A DNA stretch of 63,127 nt, the filler included, from Conidiobolus incongruus B7586 (taxonomy: Eukaryota): NCBI GenBank assembly GCA_000697335.1. It is 9 parts of 9 records of this genome, joined end to end, with 100 filler letters (N's around TTAATTAATTAA, not from the genome) between each part and the next. Parts side by side here need not be neighbours in the genome. Positions count along the whole stretch, not along the records: positions 1 to 24,766 come from JNEM01006007.1; positions 24,867 to 34,552 come from JNEM01006013.1; 7 more parts are not named here. The stretch is one strand, 5' to 3'. Positions within the stretch are counted from its first letter, which is position 1. Each line of letters begins with the position of its first letter. The notes under the pieces are model-generated. The model had not been told where the DNA came from and ran no database searches. It saw nothing but the letters and a program-made list of their open reading frames with translations. Of this stretch, positions 13,468 to 25,590 are shown one piece after another. A program made the translations under genes and the position numbers.

Positions 13468-15185
13468 TTTAAATTGTACGAACAACCATAAACTCCTCCT
13501 TTGTAAGAGAGCTCTGTGTATTTATAACATAAGAAGTATTTATAACATAAGAAAAGAGGTTTCATGTACATAAATTTCATCTTAAAGGCAATAAAAAATT
13601 GAATTTTTTTAGTTTTTGAAACATGTTTTTAAAAATTTTAATTGGTGATTTTTCAGTAATTGGCCTATCATTATGAATTTCCAAATGAATAATTAAGTAG
13701 AGCTATGACGATTTTGTTTGTAATTTATTTGAAACACGATAAACATATTGATGATATTAACCTTAATAAATTTGGAAATTTTGACTGAATATTTTGTACT
13801 TTTGATTATTTTGATTTTATTTCATATGTGTTTCCAAAAAATAACTTCAAATAACGCTTCATTAGTTTTTTTTCAAAAACTTGTCTTTAATTTTAGGTGT
13901 GATGTCAATGCCATTATTCAATATTAGAATGTTTTAATTTATAATTATTCTATTACACCAAAGATACGTTTTTAATTGTTTAGTGTTCGTATCTATGACT
14001 TACATTTTATTTTATTTATTCTTTCATCGATATAACTAAATGATTTACACACAATTTTGATGAATATTTTGGTTCAGGTTGGTAATATTGAATAATTACT
14101 TCGATAACATCACAACTTAGGATATTATCTGAAGAAAATATAAATTTTTCATTTATACAATGTAAAATTTAATATATACTCTAATAAATTATTTTACAAA
14201 AAATATTATAAAAAACAATTATTTATATTAATTGTGGAAAAAATATCAAGTATTTCATTACACATGTCATAAAAACTAATTCTATTGAAAGTATAATGAT
14301 ATTAACTGCTAAAATTATCTTATATACTCTTTTTTGAATGATTGAAAATAAATCGATACCTGGAGCACCTAATAGAAAGTATTTAGTTATAATTAAAAAA
14401 ATACATGATGAAAACTTTATAATATAATGTTTGATCTGATTATTATACCATTCAAAGATGAATACAAATATATAATAATAGACTAAGTTAAATTTGATGT
14501 AGTTAACATTTAATGTCAATAGAATTTCAAAATATGACATTAACAGCTTCAATCTGATATTATGTATATAAATAGATCAATTTTAGAATACATCTAATAA
14601 TTATCTATTTGATATTGACATATTATATGTGAAATATACATTTTATAATATATTAATACTTAGGTGTTTTTCAAATATGAGTTGATATTCTATGCATTTG
14701 TTTTAATATTTATTTTCAAACTTTGTTATATATATTTAACATTTGAACACATTATAAATATAATCGAGTGTTTGATTCATAATCTAGTAATATTCGATAT
14801 CTTCTTTATAATCTCTAAAATAAAAGAATTTTATGTTTAAATCTTGTGAATGAATTAAGCTGTAGAGAATAATCTCCAGATTTTTTTTAGTTAATCATGT
14901 AATTATAATGCTTTAGAATACTCGATCGTGAATTAATATCTTCAATTAATAATGTCTTGGTTCAAAAAGAAATAATTCATTTTGATATTATTCAACTAAG
15001 GATATCAAAATATTTGAATTTAATAATAATGATAGTATATTTCAAATCCTTGAATCATGAGTTTAAAGTGTTAGAATGCAATATATGAACATTCAACAAA
15101 GGAATGGGTTGTATGAATAATCTCGTAAATAAAAGATGAGCTTTTCTAAATATATGCGAGGATATAAAGATATTATTGACAACTG

Positions 15186-16181
15186 CTAATGATGAAGATT
15201 TAAGTGTTCTAGTTTAACAATATTACAATTGTCAACTTCGTAATGATAATCTTCCACTTCTACTTTAATCAAATTGCAAGACCAAATGCGACTCCGTAAG
15301 ACACACCCCAAATCACAATGCTTCTGAGGATCTTTCCATCCAGCTTTGTAGTAAGTCCAATCTTCTTCAATCTCAAACAGAGGATTGATTGAACCATTTG
15401 AGAGATCTGGGTGATTCAATGGCGCCCATAACCAGTGTGAAATGGTTTGAATAGGATAATCAGGATGGATTTTAGGTGTATCTGATTTAGGCAACTGTAG
15501 AGCATCCGGAGAGATCCCTGGCAGGGATAGAGGGTTTGGTTCCATTATGGAAAACGTGGGAGGATCTTTATTAAACATTTGGTTTATCCATCCGGAGAAT
15601 GGATACCACCTCTGTCTCTCTATTACTGAGACTTTAATAACTTCAGTTACTTTTGGTATTGTATTTGGGATTGGTATTTCACTAAATTTAGTACTTTGAA
15701 GACTAGGAGATCCTAGAGTAAGCTCAGAATCTACATCTGATACATCGTCTATTATGTCATTTTCGGCAACTGATGTTTTGTTAGAAGATATATAAGTATT
15801 TTCAAAGCTTTTAGCGGACTGGTTACATATCAATATGTCGCAAGATTCCATGATAGACGCAATGAATAAAGCTATAGGAGCATGATTGGGGAAATATTTG
15901 ACAGTTAATAAAATTCCTCCCGAATTAAGTATAATATTGGACAAGTTTGTTGAGTTCAAATGATATAATAATATTATAAAAATGACTCCAAAATGATGTT
16001 CTCCTGTATTTAGACAAGTTGTGTTTATCCAGTATGAGGATCCCAAAGAATAATAAGAGATGATAAAATGAATAGAGACATAGATGAAATGTATCAAATA
16101 ATTCTCGATATTTCTTAAGTAGATATATTTGTTTTCTGTCATTTCAAGAGCTTCAGACCTTTTGCCCTCTTTCCAGCCCAT
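15186..16181 (-). CDS. DysF-like membrane protein, tandem paralog B, 331 aa
   Basis: Same architecture and length as 12472-13467 when started at MGWKEG (16181). The last 309 nt are identical to paralog A. Confidence 0.6.
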   Translation of the reverse strand: MGWKEGKRSEALEMTENKYIYLRNIENYLIHFIYVSIHFIISYYSLGSSYWINTTCLNTGEHHFGVIFIILLYHLNSTNLSNIILNSGGILLTVKYFPNHAPIALFIASIMESCDILICNQSAKSFENTYISSNKTSVAENDIIDDVSDVDSELTLGSPSLQSTKFSEIPIPNTIPKVTEVIKVSVIERQRWYPFSGWINQMFNKDPPTFSIMEPNPLSLPGISPDALQLPKSDTPKIHPDYPIQTISHWLWAPLNHPDLSNGSINPLFEIEEDWTYYKAGWKDPQKHCDLGCVLRSRIWSCNLIKVEVEDYHYEVDNCNIVKLEHLNLHH

Positions 16182-17039
16182 ATAAAATAGCTTAAACAAT
16201 AGACAAACGAAATTAGTTTTTAGAAAAAGGATTTTGGATTGAAAGAGAGCATCAATATTTAAACATTTGATGGTGAGATTTGGTTTGATATACATCTAGT
16301 CTAATTTCAACACCATCAGATTCTTAATTTCATTAGTCTCTTTTAAGACATGCACATGATGCAATTGATTAGAATTATCTATTGTAATTGGCCAATCACG
16401 TCAATTGCTTACCTATCAAAACAATTTCAATCGAAAATGAATGACGATTTTAATTACATTTTAATTGGAGACAAATTAATGTATAGCCATCATTATAAAC
16501 TTCAACTAGCTGTTTTCGTTTGTTTCATTTGTCGTGAAAATTAGAAATTCAATAGATAACTTCTTCATAATATTTTATTTATTATTTATTTAATCATAAA
16601 ATTTAAGTGCTAAATATTGAAAAAAAATTGTGAGACTTCATGATGAATTTGAGTTTTTATTAGAATTTTAAATGATTTTTTGATTCCAAATAGAGTTGAT
16701 ACAATTAATATTCAATATTCAGAGAAGTAGTTAAGGTGGATGGGAAATGAGAGGTGGAAAACTTGATAATATTTATTTATAGGTGATGAGAGTGAAAATT
16801 CGAAATCTTGTATTAAATCATTTGATTATAGCTTCGTATTAGTATAATGTATAACGTTGATGATGGGAATACTATTAAATTTGAATTTATTTTGCCTTAT
16901 TAAGGAGGATAGGAACCAATAGATTTAATTTAAAAATGATGAATATTCAGGTCATTGTGTTATAGTTGATGATTCAAAATCTAAAATTCGAATAAAATAA
17001 TTTAAGTGGTGAGGATATGAATTGTTTACTCATGATAAT

Positions 17040-18470
17040 TACCTGTAAGTAGGCTTTCCACTTGAAGGATTGATGATTTTGACTTGGGGATTTGGCTTGG
17101 TGATTGATTGATGAAACTGGATTCATTCAGTTGAAAAAAATTTTTTCGAAGGAGGTTTATTATGCCTACAGTCAAAAGTATTGGTGACAAAGCTCCAAAC
17201 TTGATGTAATGGAACTATAGTTTTTTTCTTCGATCCTGTTATTGATGTATTAATAATGATTATAAATTCAAAGTGTAAAATTCAATACAATAATCAAAGC
17301 AGTTAAACCAAAAGTTAATAAATATTTATATGTGCTGATGAAGTCTTCTAATTAAATATCAAATTAAAATTGTTTGATTAATTATTTTCTAAATTAAAGT
17401 GATAAACATAATGCCAATATTGGAGTAATAAATTATTTATTAATTTTGCTGTATCTAGTATTTTGCTCTTTACAAGAGCTTATCTCATTAGTAAAGTGTA
17501 CATTTTGAAAGCTGTAATTTTTGATATTTAAATGATGATATACTTCTTCAACACTAGTAATAGTATTTTTCGAATCCTATCAATTATTTAAAATTTGAAT
17601 TGGTTTTTATAAATTTTACAATAAAACTATCATTATATACATTATCTAGTTGATTTAATAGATTTGTTTTAGCCAACACTTTCTCCATATTAAATCAATA
17701 TAAATTTAGTGTAATAATATTTCATTCAGGTTCTATATTGTGTCCTTTAATAGTGAAATCTTGAAATTAATCAAAATCCTCTTCCCAAATCGTAGATTTT
17801 TTAGACTTTGATGCTGCTGTTGCTTGTTGTCAAAGGGTTAAGTACTTTGAGAATAAAAATCGAACGCTTTTAACTTGATAGAAATACATTCCATTTGTGA
17901 TTTAGAAAAGTCTTGGAATTCATCTTCTAAAAACATTTCAATATTGAAATTATTATCATTCATGACTATTTTGGCTCTGGTTTTCACTTGAATGATGTTA
18001 TCTAAATCGAATTTTGGCAAAGTGTGACCTTCTGTGGAAGTTATCTGGATATTTTGATTGCTATTACCTTCATTCACTTTAGTAAAGCTATCATGTGTTC
18101 CAAGTGATTGATTCGGTTTTATTGACCTAACAATATTATTCGTGGTTTGATAATAGCTAGACTGTAATAAATCTACAGCTGGTGGTGTAGTATGCGAACT
18201 CCAAACATTAGAGGTGTCATCTTCAAAGGTAATTTTAGTGGGTGGAAGATCAGACCATACATTATGTGTTAGACTAAGATTTAAATTATATTTACTATAG
18301 GTTTGGAAAAAGTCCAGGTCAGAGAGATTATTGTTTGCATTTGGTGCCTTGAGAGAATAATCGGAAAAATCGCCCCAATCATTTTCTGTAGAGTAATCAC
18401 TACTATTATTGAAAGTATTATTTCAATCAAAAATCTGGTAATCAGTAGCTTTTTTATCAATTCCTCATAT
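17040..18470 (-). pseudogene. Probable decayed gene for a disordered protein with WGDF/EFQDF acidic-aromatic motifs
   Basis: A 195-codon open frame (18422-17838) with DWGDF and LEDEFQDF is bounded by stops and has no ATG at its 5' end. It continues in a shifted frame as WEEDFD*FQDF with further stops. Confidence 0.4.
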
Positions 18471-18807
18471 AAATGAAGTGTCTATAATACGACTATTATA
18501 TATTCAAAGTTTCAAGAATTATGAATGAATTAAAATAATATTGAGTTTTAAAAGTAAATAAATCTCACATCCACTAATTTTTTTTCGATAATTTCGGGAA
18601 AAATAAACTGAAAATCAAGAGTAAAGTGTTAATATCGGTGTGGCAAATTTAATTGGATCTTGTAAAAATTTTGTATCTATATATTCATTTGAATAGTACT
18701 AATAATATTTTAATTATACCTATAATGGTAAATAATTGATAGTTTATAAGTGTCTATATTTAAATTATAATAGTTTATATATCATTGATGTTTATTGAAA
18801 ATTAAAA

Positions 18808-19647
18808 TTATTCAGATTTCTTATAAAGTATATAGCCTAATCCTAATGAAACTATAAACAACACCAAAGTCACCAAAGATTGTAATCCCAATAATCGAGA
18901 TGATAATTGACTCGCTGATTTGATTAAATTCAAACAAGGCTTATCATATCCAAATAATTCACTCTTTAAGCATGCATCTTTCGAGCTTTTTGGAATAGCA
19001 TTGTCTTGAACATCGGTCAATCCACAGCATTCATACTATATCAATGAATACATTAGATTATATTTCACTAAAATATATCAGTTATTTACTTTTTGTTGGA
19101 TATATTGCAGAGTTCTTGGATTGTTCGCATAGCTATCATTCCAGTTTGATTGGATACTAGATTCAACCTATAAATTGTTTTATATTATATAGATAAACTT
19201 TAAATTCTATCGACTTACTTTACTATCTCCTACAAATGTAATAATAGCCAATATTAAAAGATATACCGCCATAATAAACGATAGTATTAAAAACTATTAA
19301 ATCACATATAAATAAGAATCAATTAATATGAATTAATTAATATTACAATTTTCTGAATTTTCACATTGGACTTCGATGAAGCAAAAAATCCAAACAAAGA
19401 GTTAATGACAGTTAAAAATCCGCCGACAATATAGGCTATTGGCATTCCTATACCATAGAGCTGTTCTTGAGATTGAATTAAAACATATATACCAAAGGCC
19501 ATGAGAATTAAACCAGCTAACTAAATCAAACATTATTATATATTTTGTAGTGGTATTTGAATATTTTATTACACTCGTCAAACTATGAAATACATAAGCA
19601 AAGAATTTCAAGGTTTTAATTCCAATTTTTTCATAATCAATAGCCAT
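18808..19647 (-). CDS. Tetraspanin (4 introns)
   Basis: Spliced product has 4 TM segments, FGFF in TM2, and the EC2 loop WNDSYANNPRTLQYIQQKYECCG...AIP...C...FGYDKPC. Confidence 0.85.
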
Positions 19648-21354
19648 TTTGTGAATGAATAAAAAATAAAAAATAAAAAAGAATAGAGGAAATGGCTCTT
19701 TAATTAGTTTTTATATGATTCATTTTGAAATTTCAACCACTAAAATCTCAATTTCAATTAGGCTAAAAAAATCACTTGAAACCTCCGTATTAATTGATCT
19801 GTTAACAATCTGATCACTTCTATCGGAATAAAGATCATTGTTTTTTAGAGACTAATAAACTTGAACTATATTTATTGATTAAACGTATAAATAAACTATT
19901 TGATTGATTGAACATTAAATTGAAAAATATACAGTTTTGGAAAGTTTTGAGACGATTTGTTAATGCCTCACTTTAATAAAACAATCTCAAAGATGACGTA
20001 AAATGATATCATATATCATGATATTATAAACTATTTAGTATAAAATCAAATAAATTGTTACAGTATACCCCCATTCAACCTATATTTGCGTCTATTCGAT
20101 TGATTACATATCACGTGCCATTATTTGTCATATTAAGCATACTTGTTTTATTCTAATATAAACAATGAATTCCAAACGAAAGTGGCCAATGAATATTCAC
20201 GTGATCAATTACTATATATAGTGTAAGAAGTTATAGACTTACCGGGTAACACTGTATTTGAAATATAAAAATAATAAAAATTATTTCAATATTGTTTAAT
20301 ATTAGACTATTTTTTAGTTTTTCCAAGTATAAATCATGATTTCAAATCATTTATTAATAATGAATGTTTTAACTCTATCAACGTAAACTAATGATAGTTA
20401 GTCTAAATTAACAGCTAAAAAATCTATTTTTTATTATAATTTAATATACTTAAATAATGAAGACAATTATTTTGATTATTTATTCTAATTGCAAAGTGAA
20501 AAATATAATAAAAATTCAATTAGATTCAAAATGTATATATCAAGAATAAATTTTGTCAATATTAGTGTATCAAAATTACGATAATAAACGACTATTGAGA
20601 CTGATTGAGAGATTATCACGAATTAGTTATTTTCTATCATATTTTCCAAATTCTATATTTCGATAAAATATATTAAAATCAACTATATTTTTATACATAC
20701 TGTGTGGACAAAAAATTCAAAAAATTATAAAACTCAAATCTAATTTTTATATGATATTTTGAAATTTCAAAAATACTTTATTTTATTTGTGATCTTGATT
20801 TCAATCTTGATATTCTTGAATAATTAAAAAGTCAAAAAAATAATACCAACTACATAATTCATGCAAGGAAATTTAATAATATTGATTCTCTTATGTTTAC
20901 TGATTGAATTGATACCAAAGAAATTGAATCATACCATGTTTCATTGATTAGTCAGGCAATTTTTGTATTGTCTATAATAATGTGATAAGAATTACATCAT
21001 CAACGAATTATTAAGAATATTTCAAGTGTAAGCTTACTTTGCACATTAAATGATTCAAAATATGAATGCAATGAAAGTAATGGGAGCTATTATTAAAAGA
21101 AGGTTCGGAACAAAATTTTACTTAATAATATTTCAGAAAAGGAAATTAAATTTAATCTATTCATTTATTTACTTGGTATTGATTGGATAATGGATGAGAC
21201 AATTAAAAGATTCAAGAGTTGTTATTCAGAGTGAGTAAAAATTAGGTCATTTTAGCTTAAATAAAATGACATCAAAATGACCAAATTATTTCAAATGAAG
21301 GGTATATAAATACATCTCCAAAAACCAATATAACTATTCAATTCTTACTTAATC

Positions 21355-22053
21355 ATGTCTCATCATACAGAATACGGTTCTTCAGGTTATAACACCTTAA
21401 AAGTTTTCCTAATTATTGTCAACTTTATTTCTAGCTTATCTGGTCTTGCTTTAGTCGGTGTCGCAATTTATGGAGCTGTCACTGATGGAGTTGCTCGGTA
21501 TCATTGGTCGCTACCACTATTCACTGGATTTTTGGGAGTCATGATCTTTTTCGTGTCTTTCTTAGGCTGTTTTGGTGCTGGAGCAGAAAGCAAACGAGTA
21601 CTTGCTTCTTATTTGGCTGGCCTAATTGTTTTATTTGTTGCCCAGCTAATTGTTTTATTATTAGGATATATGTACTCAAATAATATTGATAAGACCTTGG
21701 ATAAATTCTGGCAAAATGCATATGACAATCATCCAAGAGTTGTGAAAAAGATTGAACACCAGTTCCAATGTTGTGGATTCCGTAATTTGCTTGACCGCCC
21801 TATTCCCAATGGTGTGACTGACACTTGTTCTATTAATAAGAAGTTCGGTTATGATGAACCATGCTATGATGCTCTCTTGGAAACTTACAATAACTCTGCC
21901 TACATCTTTGCAACTACAGGTCTCGTTGTTGCTATTATTCAATTAATCGCGTTGATTGCTTCTGGAATTTTAGTTAAAGAAACTCCTCAAAGTTCTGACC
22001 GTTCAAATGCATTGTTAAATGAACATTCCCGCCTGCTCAATTCTCGTGCTTAA
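21355..22053 (+). CDS. Tetraspanin (intronless)
   Basis: 4 TM segments, SFLGCFGA, and EC2 FQCCGFRNLLDRPIP...C...FGYDEPC. Confidence 0.92.
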   Translation: MSHHTEYGSSGYNTLKVFLIIVNFISSLSGLALVGVAIYGAVTDGVARYHWSLPLFTGFLGVMIFFVSFLGCFGAGAESKRVLASYLAGLIVLFVAQLIVLLLGYMYSNNIDKTLDKFWQNAYDNHPRVVKKIEHQFQCCGFRNLLDRPIPNGVTDTCSINKKFGYDEPCYDALLETYNNSAYIFATTGLVVAIIQLIALIASGILVKETPQSSDRSNALLNEHSRLLNSRA

Positions 22054-22763
22054 ATAGTCTAACTGTCCATTATATTACTCTTAGATTGAGTTGACAGTTT
22101 GATTAGTAATTTTTTTTGCTATTCTATATTTTCAAATCCGATTAAAATATTACAAATGTATATTGAATTATTTTAAGGTATATATTAGTTGTTAACCCTG
22201 TTTTTATTACAATTTATATTTATTCATATTTGTTTGATTTTATTGAAAATGTAATTCCAAAATTTGACATAAAATTAGAAAATAGAACTCTAATAAGTAG
22301 TAATGATATATATATATATATATATATTTAATAGCTTGAAATAATAATTCATCTTATTATATTTTTTGATTGGAGATGGTTAATGTACATTTTAAGTATT
22401 CTTACTATCAATATTTCCGACCACTAAGAATTTAGATATTGACTCAATATTAGTAAATTACACTCAATTTGAGCAAAAAATAAAATTTTGAATTGGTATA
22501 TATGATTGTTTATCGTTTTTACAACATATCAAGATATTAACTCATTTTATAAATATATTCAGGTTATAATTTAAATAATTTCTGTAAACACAAAATGAAA
22601 ATGGAAGTATATCAGGAATAGTTGGAGATTTTATTAATTATAAAAACAAACTTGATTTTTCAATATAAAAACTATTTTATAATATATTCGAATTATAATT
22701 ATATATATCAAAATAATAAAAACTGATTGAAGATTGTTATTGGTATTAGTTTGAGTTATGATT

Positions 22764-23546
22764 TCATGAAAAAGTTGTAATTTTGGAATCATAGTCGTGA
22801 TAGGTGTTAAATTTTGAAAAATCAACCATCAGATATAAAGATCCGAAAATTATAATAGCAAGCAGCAAGGTAATCGAATAACTAATGCCAATCAAATCTA
22901 ATATATACATGTGTTCCAAAAATGTAGTAGTACTCAATGATTCGTTTGAGAAAATTGGAAAAAAGTGATAAAATTTCAATGATGATATGGGTTGAAATTG
23001 AGTATGAAAAAGAGGATAGTCCAGCTGACAGGCGTATTTTGGTAAATAGGAGGATATATGAAATAATTTGGCAGGCATAGAAGAGGATTCAGCTTCGCAC
23101 ATGACTCGAACTTGATTAACGAGCAGATGATCTACAAATACTACGCGATTATAAGTAAACAAATTAATTAAAATGAACTGGAATAATAGAAATAGAGCCA
23201 TCGTTGGAAGAAGATTCCAATGATTGCCAGTGCGGAAACTCTTCACCCAGTTGAGTATACAAATAGGAAGAATCACAAAGGATCCCAACCGATTCACATT
23301 TCCAATGATCTTAGTGGCATGAAACAGTTCTGGAATTATAGCTAATTCACGGTTATTGATATTAGAAATGACCATCAGCGCTAAACTGGCCATACTCATA
23401 CTAAAAAATATATAAAAAGTGAAGCACAGAATCTTATGCTGTCTATTATTCTCAGCATCGGTATTCTGATATATATCATCTTTCTTAAACGTTAATAAAT
23501 CCAATCTATCCGCTCTAATATGCAGTAAACCATCTTTTCCCATCAT
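22764..23546 (-). CDS. Hypothetical 4-TM membrane protein with tetraspan-like topology, no CCG
   Basis: Four hydrophobic segments, with a ~85-aa loop containing two Cys between TM3 and TM4. Intronless 260-aa ORF. Confidence 0.65.
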   Translation of the reverse strand: MMGKDGLLHIRADRLDLLTFKKDDIYQNTDAENNRQHKILCFTFYIFFSMSMASLALMVISNINNRELAIIPELFHATKIIGNVNRLGSFVILPICILNWVKSFRTGNHWNLLPTMALFLLFQFILINLFTYNRVVFVDHLLVNQVRVMCEAESSSMPAKLFHISSYLPKYACQLDYPLFHTQFQPISSLKFYHFFPIFSNESLSTTTFLEHMYILDLIGISYSITLLLAIIIFGSLYLMVDFSKFNTYHDYDSKITTFS

Positions 23547-24766
23547 ATTTATCTATACTTAATTTGATGAATTTTGAAATTGGAATGGGAACAGATGTGT
23601 ATTTATATTAGCAATAAAACGAAGATTGGCTATAAGTGAGTTTGAAATTAATTACGTTTAGTTGAAGATACTTGAATTTGATTAATTTCCCCATTGATGC
23701 CAGTTCCCCTACCATGGATTATATCAATTGGACTCAATCTCAACTATTCCCCACAATCTTTGCTTGGAATTTGACCAACGTTGCTCCAAACTGCATAATT
23801 GGCGAATGAAATATCCTCGATTGACTTCAGACAGAGTACTGAGTGACCCCTGATTTAACTCGAATTCTGATTACCGTTTCATCTTTCTGAATTTGGATAA
23901 AACTATATTTTGAAACTTTCCATCATCTCCACAAGATTTAAAGATGATTTGCTATACTCTACCCCTTTTCCATCTTTGATCTAAAAGTAACAACTAACTT
24001 ACTTTAAAATTATACGACTATGCTAGCTTACATTTTTTTAAACTCATTTCATATCTTTCATTCGTTATGTTTATAATTTTAGTCAAACTTTTTCGAAAAT
24101 ATACAATAATATCACTAAATTTTAATCTTCTAATTATTTATACTAACCGTAGCGTATATCATTACGTAATGATATTAATAATGAATTCAATTAATCTTGC
24201 AAAGTTATATTTATTTTTTGATCTAATTAATCAATATTTTTATTTATAAATTGATGAATATTTAAATATTCCAAATTAATTTCAAATTTAATAAATATTA
24301 AAATACAATAGGATATTGAAGGATTTATCATCTATTAATCAAAAATGACATACTATTATTTTAATTAATACTTTAGAATTCAAATAATGAGAATTTTTTG
24401 AGATTGAAAATAAATAAAGATTTTGATAAATGATATAAAATCAATACTCTCTTTTAATCTTAATAGCTTTTTATTAAACACCTGGCAAACTGTTACCACT
24501 TAAAAAACAGGTTTTTATTATATAAAAAGCTGATATTTTATAAACCAATTAAATTTTTTATAAAATTTTCTTTTTTATAATTTGATTTTTAATTACTTAT
24601 AGAAATGAAAATTATATAAGTTATAATTTAATATATTTAATATATTTAATATATTAGATTTTTTAAATTAAAAATAATTAGAAAAATTTTTATATATTAT
24701 ATATTTCACAATAATAATGTAAAATAATAGATAATATTAAATTATAATAAGAATATCAAATAATAA

Positions 24767-24866
24767 NNNNNNNNNNNNNNNNNNNNNNNNNNNNNNNNNN
24801 NNNNNNNNNNTTAATTAATTAANNNNNNNNNNNNNNNNNNNNNNNNNNNNNNNNNNNNNNNNNNNN
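24767..24866. other. Artificial contig linker
   Basis: 44 N + TTAATTAATTAA (stops in all six frames) + 44 N. Confidence 0.99.
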
Positions 24867-25590
24867 TAACAATCACAGAGGCCGCGGCGGAAGTAATGAT
24901 GACGAAGTTAGTGTGAGTCAAACCGTAAAAGTAGATGAAGAAGACGGCCATGGGGGTCATCATGGAACCAATAATGATGAAGTTAGTGTGAGTCAAACCG
25001 TAAAAGTAGATGATGAGGATAACAATCACAGAGGCCGCGGCGGAAGTAATGATGACGAAGTTAGTGTGAGTCAAACCGTAAAAGTAGATGAAGAAGACGG
25101 CCATGGGGGTCATCATGGAACCAATAATGATGAAGTGACTGTTAGCCAAACCGTAAAAGTAGATGATGAGGATAACAATCACAGAGGCCGCGGCGGAAGT
25201 AATGATGACGAAGTTAGTGTGAGTCAAACCGTAAAAGTAGATGAAGAAGACGGCCATGGGGGTCATCATGGAACCAATAATGATGAAGTGACTGTTAGCC
25301 AAACCGTAAAAGTAGATGATGAGGATAACAATCACAGAGGCCGCGGCGGAAGTAATGATGACGAAGTTAGTGTGAGTCAAACCGTAAAAGTAGATGAAGA
25401 AGACGGCCATGGGGGTCATCATGGAACCAATAATGATGAAGTGACTGTTAGCCAAACCGTAAAAGTAGATGATGAGGATAACAATCACAGAGGCCGCGGC
25501 GGAAGTAATGATGACGAAGTTAGTGTGAGTCAAACCGTAAAAGTAGACGAAGAAGACGGCCATGGAGGTCATCATGGAGCCGATGATGAT
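24867..25590 (+). repeat. Coding minisatellite, 153-nt period (75+78 nt dimer), about 4.7 copies
   Basis: aacaatcacagaggccgcggcgg recurs at 24868, 25021, 25174, 25327 and 25480. Confidence 0.95.

Noticed and set aside
14223..14552. 109-aa hydrophobic ORF (also 4064-4327, 24067-24249 and 52517-52702)
   Set aside because: Ile/Phe/Tyr/Lys-rich translations expected by chance from AT-rich noncoding DNA, with no motifs.
24811..24822. TTAATTAATTAA as a conserved regulatory motif
   Set aside because: Always centred in N runs; it is a synthetic six-frame stop linker.
24867..25590. Regular repeats resembling a CRISPR array
   Set aside because: The intervening segments are themselves repeated, the period is in frame and coding, and the context is eukaryotic with no cas genes.
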